Source of the DNA: Candidatus Cloacimonadota bacterium
GTDB taxonomy: Bacteria; Cloacimonadota; Cloacimonadia; Cloacimonadales; TCS61
Length of the DNA stretch: 64,000 nt
NCBI GenBank assembly: GCA_030445745.1
Contig: JASUTE010000007.1
Coordinates: forward strand, 1,839 to 65,838
Reading direction: 5' to 3'
Positions 30,389-37,628 of the stretch are shown here, one piece after another; the first letter of the stretch is position 1; every line of letters starts with the position of its first letter. Below the pieces are notes generated by a model. That model worked only from the letters and a program-made list of their open reading frames with translations, was not told the DNA's origin and ran no database searches. A program made the position numbers and the translations under genes.

Positions 30389-31381
30389 ATGCTATTTGGT
30401 AAAAGTAAAATTATTTTGTTTATTGTGATTTTATGTTTTACTACTGTTTTATTAGAAGCTGCTGAATTTGGGATAAAAATAGGTACAGGTTATTCCAATT
30501 TAGAAAATGGTACATATAAAATGGAATTTAATGGACTGCGGGAATCACAATATTATGAGGCGTTCTACGATTCAGCAGGTCAAGAAACGATTATCGACAC
30601 TGCTTTTATAAAAATGATGTTAACCACCACAACAGAAGCGGAAATTGAAAATAAAATGACTTTTTCAGGTGGTTTTTATGCACGTTTTAATTTACATAAA
30701 AATGTAAATAATAAAGAAAAATCTTATAATGGAATAAATCTACTACTGGAAACCAATTATCAACATCACAAGGTTACATTTAAGTTTGGTAATTCAATCA
30801 ATAACTCTATTGTTACTTCACCAGATGTAACTCAAACTATGATAAATTCTGGCCAAATAAGCAATACCGAGGCTACAAATATTATTTCAGGAGTTAACAG
30901 CAATCCGACTTCTGATTTGAGTTTGGATTATGTAGAAATACCATTAATGCTAGAATTGATGAAAAAGTATGAAAAAACAGAAAGTCCCTACCATAGTGCA
31001 TATATATATTTTGGTCCTGCTTTACGGGTTTGCTTAAATAGTGTGGAAGAAATTTCTAAAGATCTAAAAAGAATATTGCCTCTTTATGAAGAAGGGCTTA
31101 ATTTCAATTATGAAGCGAGTTCCGATACCGTAACTGTTATTGAGGATTATCGAAAAATAGAAACTAGTAGAACTGAAATAGCTGATAGCTTTAATGAAGT
31201 AACAAAGTCAATTACAGTAGGTTGCGGTATCCAACTTGATAAAATATTTAATTTAGATTTAGGCTCAGATACTTTTTCGTTTGATTTTAGAGCAAACATC
31301 GGATGGGGAAAGATTAATGATTTTTCTAGCAAAGATTTCACTTTAAATAGCTATAACTTTCTGTTAGGCTATAAATTCTAA
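30389..31381 (+). CDS. Outer-membrane beta-barrel protein (porin-like), function unknown
   Basis: 330 aa. Signal peptide (ILFIVILCFTTVLLEA). Alternating-hydrophobic strands. C-terminal ...FLLGYKF. AAGGAGG RBS. Confidence 0.55.
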   Translation: MLFGKSKIILFIVILCFTTVLLEAAEFGIKIGTGYSNLENGTYKMEFNGLRESQYYEAFYDSAGQETIIDTAFIKMMLTTTTEAEIENKMTFSGGFYARFNLHKNVNNKEKSYNGINLLLETNYQHHKVTFKFGNSINNSIVTSPDVTQTMINSGQISNTEATNIISGVNSNPTSDLSLDYVEIPLMLELMKKYEKTESPYHSAYIYFGPALRVCLNSVEEISKDLKRILPLYEEGLNFNYEASSDTVTVIEDYRKIETSRTEIADSFNEVTKSITVGCGIQLDKIFNLDLGSDTFSFDFRANIGWGKINDFSSKDFTLNSYNFLLGYKF

Positions 31382-31419
31382 TAAAAAAAAGACCGTCGCT
31401 TACATTAGCGGCGGTCTTT
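31380..31419. terminator. Terminator hairpin, copy 2 of the 40-bp exact direct repeat (serves galE on the minus strand)
   Basis: Identical 40 nt to 30216-30255. On the minus strand the hairpin is followed by TTTTTTTT, 22 nt after the galE stop. Confidence 0.8.
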
Positions 31420-31441
31420 ATGATATTTTTAAGAAAAGTTT

Positions 31442-32449
31442 TTAGTAACCTTCCGGATTATTTTTCTGCCAGCGCCAGGAGTCCTCGCACATTTTTAGTA
31501 GGTCATATTGTGCCTTCCAGCCCAAATCTTTAGCGGCTTTGGAAGCATCAGCGTAACATTCGCCGATATCACCGGGGCGTCTTGCGGTAATTTGGTAAGG
31601 AATTTTTTTGCCGCTAACCTGAGAAAAAGCAGCTATCACTTCCAATACGGAATATCCGCGCCCTGTCCCTAAATTATAGGTGACTATGCCGGGTTTTTCT
31701 TGTAATTTTTGCAAAGCTGCTAAATGTCCCCGAGCCAGATCGACCACGTGGATATAATCACGCACGCCGGTGCCATCAGCTGTTTGGTAATCGTTACCAA
31801 ACACATTCAATTTTTTACGTTTTCCCACAGCAACCTGAGAAATATATGGCATCAAATTATTGGGAATACCTTGCGGATCTTCACCCATAGTGCCAGAAGG
31901 ATGAGCTCCCACTGGGTTAAAATAGCGGAGCAGAGCTACATTCCAGCTACTATCGGCATTGTAAAGATCGCGCATAATTTGTTCGATCATTAATTTGCTG
32001 GTACCGTAGGGATTGGTAGTATGTAGTGGGAAATCCTCGGTGATGGGTACCGTTTCCGGCTCGCCATAAACTGTTGCCGAGCTGGAAAAAACTATATCTT
32101 TAATGTTATATTGTGTCATAACTTGCAGAAGAACCAGAGAGCCATTCACATTATTTTCATAGTAAGCCAAGGGTTTAGCTACCGATTCTCCTACAGCTTT
32201 CAATCCGGCAAAGTGAATAACAGCTTCTATGTGGTTTTCCTGGAATATCTTGTGCAGAGCTGCGCTATCACGAATATCTTCTTGGTAGAATTTAGGTTTA
32301 TTACCTGTTAGGTTGGAAATGCGGTTCAATACTTCTTGTTTACTGTTGGAAAGATTATCGATTATAACTACCCGGTGACCAGCTTGCATCAGTTCCACCA
32401 CAGTGTGGCTGCCGATATAGCCAGTACCACCTGTTACTAATATATTCAT
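31442..32449 (-). CDS. galE: UDP-glucose 4-epimerase
   Basis: 335 aa. [15 protein letters not shown]..., YGxxK ([10 protein letters not shown]), full-length GalE pattern. Confidence 0.95.
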   Translation of the reverse strand: MNILVTGGTGYIGSHTVVELMQAGHRVVIIDNLSNSKQEVLNRISNLTGNKPKFYQEDIRDSAALHKIFQENHIEAVIHFAGLKAVGESVAKPLAYYENNVNGSLVLLQVMTQYNIKDIVFSSSATVYGEPETVPITEDFPLHTTNPYGTSKLMIEQIMRDLYNADSSWNVALLRYFNPVGAHPSGTMGEDPQGIPNNLMPYISQVAVGKRKKLNVFGNDYQTADGTGVRDYIHVVDLARGHLAALQKLQEKPGIVTYNLGTGRGYSVLEVIAAFSQVSGKKIPYQITARRPGDIGECYADASKAAKDLGWKAQYDLLKMCEDSWRWQKNNPEGY

Positions 32450-32508
32450 ATAAGATTTATCCTTTCTTATGTTTAAATTTCAACTTACAGTTCTCGGCTA
32501 GTGGAATC
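32419..32508 (-). repeat. Direct repeat DR1-proximal (galE 5'UTR plus first 10 codons plus 1 nt)
   Basis: 90 nt identical to 32760-32849 by direct comparison. Confidence 0.9.
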
Positions 32509-32759
32509 TCGCTTTCAGCGGGAATTTGAAAATGAATTTATATAATTTTTAAGACGTTTTTTAGGGCATCTTTTTTTAAACAAACTTCGTAATAAACTAA
32601 TTTCAAAGGAACTCTATATTTTGTTGCTGTAACATCACGTTATTGTGTTGTTTTAACCGCTCTATTAAATCTTTAGTAAAACCGTAATAATATTTATTAT
32701 CTTTTTAGCTTATAAGCACTTAGGTATAATATTTCATTTTCAAATTATTCCACCTGGCA
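32509..32759 (-). mobile_element. Decayed GIY-YIG cassette (pseudogene) inserted upstream of galE
   Basis: Same junction TGCCAGGTGGAATAATTTGAAA-ATG as the intact copy. Reads MKYYT*VLIS*KDNKYYYGFTKDLIERLKQHNN..., then a frameshift and a ~30-nt deletion relative to 33933-34205. Confidence 0.75.
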
Positions 32760-32849
32760 AGCCAGTACCACCTGTTACTAATATATTCATATAAGATTTA
32801 TCCTTTCTTATGTTTAAATTTCAACTTACAGTTCTCGGCTAGTGGAATC
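32760..32849 (-). repeat. Direct repeat DR1-distal (copy of galE 5'UTR plus start plus 10 codons)
   Basis: 90/90 identity to 32419-32508. Continues into the cassette junction instead of into galE. Confidence 0.9.
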
Positions 32850-32909
32850 CCGATCTCCTCGGGTGAAGTAAACTAAGATTCAATCCTAAGCTACAGAACT
32901 GTTTTATTT

Positions 32910-33869
32910 CTATAACTCGGGTAAAAAGCCGTTTTCTGTTTGTAGTAGATTTAAATATTGGGAAACACCTTTTTCTAAAGAGGTGAATTCTGTTTTATAC
33001 CCGGCATTTCTCAGGTTATTCAGATCGGCTTTAGTAAAGGTTTGGTATGTATCTTCCAGATCTTGGGGGAAAGGGATAGGCGCGATGCTGCTTTCTGGAA
33101 ATTGGGATTGTACAAGTTCAGCCAGTTTTTGAAAACTGCGTGCTTCCCCACTCCCACAGTTAAAAATACCCGATTTTTCCAAATTTTCCAAGAAAAATAA
33201 ATTAACATCAACAGCATCCTCTACCCAGATAAAATCGCGCAGATAGTTGTCACTGCCTTCAAACACACTTATCTTTCCCTCTTTTGCAGCCTGATGATAG
33301 AAGTGATAAATCACCGAAGCCATGCGACCTTTATGGTTTTCTTGAGGACCATATACATTAAAATAGCGTAGCCCGACAACCTGAGATAGCTCTTTTTTGC
33401 TAAAATTATTAGTTAGACGGCGGACGTAGTTGTCGAAAGCAAATTTGGAAAAACCGTAGATGTTCAAGGGATATTCACTGGCGCGTTCTTCTTTGAAACC
33501 ATTTTTGCCATGGCCATAAGTGGCAGCACTGGAAGCATAGATGAAATTTATTTTGTTGTTAAGGGCAAACTTAAGTAATTTTTTGGAATAAGTGTAGTTG
33601 TTATCCATCATATATTTTCCATCTTGTTCAACCGTGGAAGAGCAGGCACCTTGATGAAAGATGATATCGTAATCGTTGAATTGCTCCAACTGTTGTAAAA
33701 AATCATTTTTGTTTATGTAATCTAGGAATTTTAATCTATTCAAATTTAAATGTTTGGCAGCATTACTAAGGTTATCTACAATTGTGATATGGTCAAAACC
33801 ACGTTTGTTGAGTCCATATACCAGGTTACTGCCGATGAAGCCAGCCCCTCCAGTTACTATTATTTTCAT
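32910..33869 (-). CDS. hldD: ADP-L-glycero-D-manno-heptose 6-epimerase
   Basis: MKIIVTGGAGFIGSNLVYGLNKRGFDHITIVDNLSNAAKHLNL... closely follows the RfaD/HldD N-terminus. Start preferred at the second ATG (33869); the track ORF begins at 33887. Confidence 0.88.
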   Translation of the reverse strand: MKIIVTGGAGFIGSNLVYGLNKRGFDHITIVDNLSNAAKHLNLNRLKFLDYINKNDFLQQLEQFNDYDIIFHQGACSSTVEQDGKYMMDNNYTYSKKLLKFALNNKINFIYASSAATYGHGKNGFKEERASEYPLNIYGFSKFAFDNYVRRLTNNFSKKELSQVVGLRYFNVYGPQENHKGRMASVIYHFYHQAAKEGKISVFEGSDNYLRDFIWVEDAVDVNLFFLENLEKSGIFNCGSGEARSFQKLAELVQSQFPESSIAPIPFPQDLEDTYQTFTKADLNNLRNAGYKTEFTSLEKGVSQYLNLLQTENGFLPEL

Positions 33870-33943
33870 AAGTTTAAATCCTTTCATTAAAAAAAATATA
33901 ACTTTATGTTCTCGGCCAGTGGAATCCCGCTTTCAGCGGGAAT
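33838..33943 (-). repeat. Direct repeat DR2-proximal (hairpin motif plus hldD 5'UTR plus first 10 codons)
   Basis: 106 nt matching 34227-34332 with one mismatch (33915 g vs 34304 a). Confidence 0.9.
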
Positions 33944-34205
33944 TTGAAAATGAATTTAAATAATTCTTAAGACGGTTTTTCAGAAACATTTTACCATGAT
34001 GGGTCTTAAAATACTTTTCTCTTTTTAGGGCATCTTTCTTATTAAAACAAACTTCGTAATAAACTAATTTCAATGGAGTTCTATATTTCGTTGCTGTAAT
34101 ATCACTGTTATTGTGTTGTTTTAACCGCTCTATTAAATCTTTAGTAAAACCGTAATAATATTTATTATCTTTTTCGCTTTTAAGTACATAGGTATAATAT
34201 TTCAT
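33933..34205 (-). CDS. GIY-YIG nuclease family protein (minimal URI domain, COG2827/YhbQ-like)
   Basis: 90 aa from the ATG at 34205: MKYYTYVLKSEKDNKYYYGFTKDLIERLKQHNN...LVYYEVCFNKKDALKREKYFK (GIY..YxG, R..xH, E motifs). The stop TGA lies in the loop of the hairpin that begins DR2. Confidence 0.85.
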   Translation of the reverse strand: MKYYTYVLKSEKDNKYYYGFTKDLIERLKQHNNSDITATKYRTPLKLVYYEVCFNKKDALKREKYFKTHHGKMFLKNRLKNYLNSFSNSR

Positions 34206-34226
34206 TTTCAAATTATTCCACCTGGC

Positions 34227-34332
34227 AAGCCAGCCCCTCCAGTTACTATTATTTTCATAAGTTTAAATCCTTTCATTAAAAAAAATATAACTTTATGTTC
34301 TCGACCAGTGGAATCCCGCTTTCAGCGGGAAT
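34227..34332 (-). repeat. Direct repeat DR2-distal (copy of hairpin plus hldD 5'UTR plus start plus 10 codons)
   Basis: 105/106 identity to 33838-33943. Runs into the junction TGCCAGGTGGAATAATTTGAAA. Confidence 0.9.
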
Positions 34333-34874
34333 ATTTTTCCTAAGCATGCTTTTCTTGGACTTTGCAGTAAATTAGCATTATCAGATTTCTGCAAAATTTT
34401 CTTAAAGTTTTTTTATAAGTTTTCTCCGCCCACTAAATTCTACCACAATGAAAAATTCCAGCAGTTTTCAGGTAGCCTAATATTTCTGAGCAGAGTTTTC
34501 TCTGTCTTCTGCTTGGAAACGGAAACGAGGATTTTGTGGCTTCTCTTAAGCTATATCCAGGTCAGGTAAATTTGCCAATCTCAGCTTTTTGATAGAGTCC
34601 ATTTTCAACATTTTTTCGGCAACATTCTATCGTTGCGCCTAAATGAATAACATCGAGATTTAGCTGGTCCGATTCTTTGCTTTAGCTGTTGGCGAAATAA
34701 ACGAGCAAATAACCAGATAACCCCAGCGTTTCAAAGAGGACAAAATCTATTGCAAAAATTTACTAGGGATATTACTCGGTTTAATAAATCGGGGATGATG
34801 ACGAGTTTTATTTCATAATTTTTTTGCAAAATAAAGCAATGTCAAAATTGCATATTCACAGTGAAGTGAAAGTT

Positions 34875-35699
34875 TCAAAAGAACTTCCTCATCTTTATAA
34901 TAAATTTTTCCAGTTCGTCTTTTTTGATCTCCATTCCTAGCGGAATATGAGGCTTATTAGCACCGTGAAAATCAGAACCACCAGTTATTATAAGGTCGTA
35001 CTTTGCTGCCAGATTTTTATATTCTGTAATTTGTTGAGTTTTATGTTGAGAATAATAAACTTCTATTCCTTGTAGTCCCTCGTAAGCCAGGTCGTGTACA
35101 AGACTTTCCAGTTCTTGTGCTTGCAAGCCGGTTTGACACGGATGCGCCAGAGCTGCAAAACCACCTGCAGCACGAATCAGTTGGATTGCTTCAGCCGGTT
35201 CCATTCGCTTTTTGTCTAAATAGAACGGCGCCCCTTTTTTTAGGTATTTATCAAATGCTTCTTGTTTGTTTTGTACATATCCTTTTTGTAATAGAAGTTG
35301 AGCAAAATGGGGACGTCCAACTAAATCGCTACCAGCTACTTTTACCAATTCATCCCAGCTGATTGCAAACCCGTGTTTTTGTAGGTTTCCCACCATTTTA
35401 TAATTACGTTTTTCTCTAAATTCCTGAAGTTGTGTGAGTTTTTTTTGTAAAGGTTGATAGTTGGAATCGACTCCATATCCCAGAATATGCAAGGTTTTAG
35501 GGTATTCAGCACTTATTTCCAGCCCGGGAATCAGCCGCAATTCATTGGGAATTTTCTCTATCTGGTTATAGGCGTCTAAGGTGTCGTGATCGGTTATAGA
35601 GAGTAGGGTAATTTGAGCATCAACAGCAGCCTGTAACAAACTAGAAGGGCTATAGGAACCGTCGGATGCGGTAGTATGAGTGTGTAGATCGATAAACAT
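34875..35699 (-). CDS. PHP-domain metal-dependent phosphoesterase (TrpH/YciV-like)
   Basis: Start preferred at 35699 (AAGGAAG-5 nt-ATG; MFIDLHTHTTASDGS...). ...ITDHDT..., ...GGSDFHG. Confidence 0.85.
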   Translation of the reverse strand: MFIDLHTHTTASDGSYSPSSLLQAAVDAQITLLSITDHDTLDAYNQIEKIPNELRLIPGLEISAEYPKTLHILGYGVDSNYQPLQKKLTQLQEFREKRNYKMVGNLQKHGFAISWDELVKVAGSDLVGRPHFAQLLLQKGYVQNKQEAFDKYLKKGAPFYLDKKRMEPAEAIQLIRAAGGFAALAHPCQTGLQAQELESLVHDLAYEGLQGIEVYYSQHKTQQITEYKNLAAKYDLIITGGSDFHGANKPHIPLGMEIKKDELEKFIIKMRKFF

Positions 35700-35745
35700 A
35701 ATACTTCCTTTAATGATGTGGCAAATAGGGTGTGGCGCCAAGCTC

Positions 35746-36090
35746 CTATTTTTGTGGATATTCCAAAATGTGGAGTTTGGTGGCGCGAATTCGTACCCGA
35801 GCTTTCTTGTTGAGATCTTTGTCTTCCCAACGGTCTTGTTTCAGGGTACCTTCCACTATTACAGGGGTTCCCTTCTTGCAATACTGTTGGTAACGGTCCA
35901 CCAAACCTCCCCAGAGTTCTACCTCGAAATAGGAGGTGAACTGCTGCCACTGACCTTTTTTGTCCTTGTAAGGATGATCATGTGCCAGATCAATTCTAAG
36001 GGTACGGGTATCGCCAACTTCACGTATGTCACTTTCCCTGACCACGTTCCCAGCTATTTGTACATTATTTATGTTTGGAATACGTGACAT
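35746..36090 (-). CDS. ssb: Single-stranded DNA-binding protein (OB fold only, no acidic C-terminal tip)
   Basis: 114 aa. NNVQIAGNVVRE...FEVELWGGLVD...KGTPVIVEGTLKQDRWEDKD matches the SSB OB-fold pattern. Ends ...LEYPQK with no Gly/Pro-rich linker and no DDxPF tail. Confidence 0.8.
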   Translation of the reverse strand: MSRIPNINNVQIAGNVVRESDIREVGDTRTLRIDLAHDHPYKDKKGQWQQFTSYFEVELWGGLVDRYQQYCKKGTPVIVEGTLKQDRWEDKDLNKKARVRIRATKLHILEYPQK

Positions 36091-36181
36091 GCTACTTTCC
36101 TTTCTGTGGCGCCATCACCTCTATTTGCCTTTTAAATACAGCTTCGCCGCCTCGCTTACAGCTTATTGGGCGAGCTTGGTT

Positions 36182-36210
36182 TATTTAGGAATAAAAGCGG
36201 CCAATGTCAA
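36182..36210 (-). promoter_or_regulatory. Sigma-70-type promoter for ssb (TTGACA-17 nt-TAAATA)
   Basis: Minus strand: TTGACAttggccgcttttattccTAAATA, about 90 nt upstream of the ssb ATG. Confidence 0.5.
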
Positions 36211-36398
36211 ACCTTTTTTTAGTGGCGCTAAAGCAACAAATAGCAGCCTTACTTTATCTTTTTGGTTTAGTATAAGTTAGAAAACCAAGTTAACAAATTG
36301 TGGCCTTGATGAAAATTTTTGTGGCGCAAAAGCAACACTCAGATTTTGCATTTGCTGCAAGGGCTGAATAGGTTAACTTATTTGGAAAGGGGGTAGTT

Positions 36399-36767
36399 AT
36401 GAAAGATTTGGTCGTTTGGTTTGAGATACCTGTAAATGATTTTATTCGAGCTAAGCAATTTTATGACAAACTGTTAGAAACGAATATTGAAGCCGAAAAG
36501 ATTGGCGGGGTTTTAATGGGATTTTTCCAACTTCCCAATTACAGCAATAGTGGTGCGATAGTACAAGGTCAGGGCTATGAACCTGGAGATAAAGGTCCAC
36601 TTTTATATTTTAATGCTGGCCAAGATCTACGTCCAATGCTGAAAAGAGCAGAAGCTGCTGGAGCTGAAATTCTACAGTCACGAACTTTTATAAGTGAAGC
36701 AATAGGCTATTATGCTATTTTTCGCGATCCTGAAGGAAACAGAATAGCTCTTCATTCTAAGGGTTAA
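36399..36767 (+). CDS. VOC (glyoxalase/bleomycin-resistance) family protein
   Basis: 122 aa. VWFEIPVNDFIRAKQFYDKLL ... FRDPEGNRIALHS, typical VOC beta-alpha-beta-beta-beta modules. Confidence 0.8.
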   Translation: MKDLVVWFEIPVNDFIRAKQFYDKLLETNIEAEKIGGVLMGFFQLPNYSNSGAIVQGQGYEPGDKGPLLYFNAGQDLRPMLKRAEAAGAEILQSRTFISEAIGYYAIFRDPEGNRIALHSKG

Positions 36768-37287
36768 GCAGCCAGCACCCGGGTTTACTGGCATGGTCTG
36801 ACACAAAACTGCTACTAGACAATTTTCTAATTTCTAATAATATAAAAAAATCTCCCAGCGCTGCAGTAGTCATTAAAATGGCATACACAAAAACTATTGG
36901 CCAACCCCAAGCAAAAGAGAGCAGCAATGGAATTATTCCCAACAATAAGCCGGGAATAATTACAGAAATTCTATAGGCATTTATCTTCATAGGTGTGGAA
37001 CAGTGAGCATACGGCGTTCCCGATTTTATACCTATATGCCAATCCTGGCGGCGTGTTTTTCCCAATAACCAAAACCCTAAAATATGCAATACTTCGTGCA
37101 GTAAACTTAATATCAAAATAGCTGGGATAAATATGTAAATACGTAACCATAAGTTGCTAAGAGCAGCAAATAGATTGTTCCAAAGTAACTGATAGACCAA
37201 GGTAGCACCAATTATTAGTAAAATTGTAACAGGAAGTGCTTTTATATAAATCTGTTTCAAGGTGAGAGAATAATCGATTTTCTTCAT
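36757..37287 (-). CDS. DUF3267-like membrane protein with HExxH motif (putative zincin)
   Basis: 176 aa. Multiple TM segments. LLHEVLHILGF. The 3' end overlaps the convergent VOC gene by 11 nt. Confidence 0.6.
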   Translation of the reverse strand: MKKIDYSLTLKQIYIKALPVTILLIIGATLVYQLLWNNLFAALSNLWLRIYIFIPAILILSLLHEVLHILGFWLLGKTRRQDWHIGIKSGTPYAHCSTPMKINAYRISVIIPGLLLGIIPLLLSFAWGWPIVFVYAILMTTAALGDFFILLEIRKLSSSSFVSDHASKPGCWLLNP

Positions 37288-37415
37288 ATAAATAATTCGA
37301 ATTTTGTAGTAGGTAATGTCAAGAAAATAAATATAGTTTATTTTAGCACTGAATGACTAAAAATTTTCTTTACAGAAATGGTAAAAAAAATTTATCAGAA
37401 TAGAAAGGAGTATGT

Positions 37416-37616
37416 ATGCAAATAGAGCGCGATACACCTATCGAAGAGATTGTGGAAACTAGTAGCCAGGCGGTAGCTTATCTAATGAAGAATGGTATAC
37501 ATTGCGTAGTTTGTGGTGAGCCGGTTTGGGGAACTTTGGAAGAATTAGCGCAAAGTAAAGGTTTTTCCGAAGCTGAGATCGATAATTTCGTGAAAGAATT
37601 AAATAAACAAAATTAA
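37416..37616 (+). CDS. DUF1858 / hybrid-cluster-protein-associated redox disulfide domain protein
   Basis: 66 aa. ...AVAYLMKNGIHCVVCGEPVWGTLEELA... pattern. AAGGAG RBS. Confidence 0.65.
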   Translation: MQIERDTPIEEIVETSSQAVAYLMKNGIHCVVCGEPVWGTLEELAQSKGFSEAEIDNFVKELNKQN

Positions 37617-37628
37617 TCAGGAGGAGTT

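Noticed and set aside
32751-32766. Interrupted palindrome CTGGC-AA-GCCAG, formed exactly at the host/cassette junction in both loci, as a possible nuclease recognition site.
   Set aside because: The arms are only 5 bp and do not extend in either locus, so the match could be chance. It is recorded as a detail to test alongside the main finding rather than as an independent signal.
32490-34332. The 36-nt hairpin-containing repeats looked like CRISPR repeats.
   Set aside because: There are only four copies. Spacing is irregular (341, 1077 and 389 nt). The intervening sequences are genes or UTR duplications, not spacers. No cas genes are in the window. One copy has a different hairpin.
34333-34874. 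540-bp non-coding stretch upstream of the hldD-locus cassette, containing stop-ridden frames (for example ...LNLDVIHLGATIECCRKNVENGLYQKAEIGKF...).
   Set aside because: It looks like pseudogene debris, but I could not assign any family from the sequence alone. BLASTX would be needed.
35770-35800. TGGTGGCGCGAATTCGTACCCGAG resembles the reverse complement of a tRNA 3' end (acceptor plus T-arm).
   Set aside because: It lies in-frame inside the ssb coding sequence (KKARVRIRATKL). No complete cloverleaf can be drawn, and the T-loop is imperfect.
35726-36345. TGGCGC motifs as sigma-54 (-24/-12) promoters.
   Set aside because: No TTGC element lies at the required GG-N10-GC spacing on either strand.
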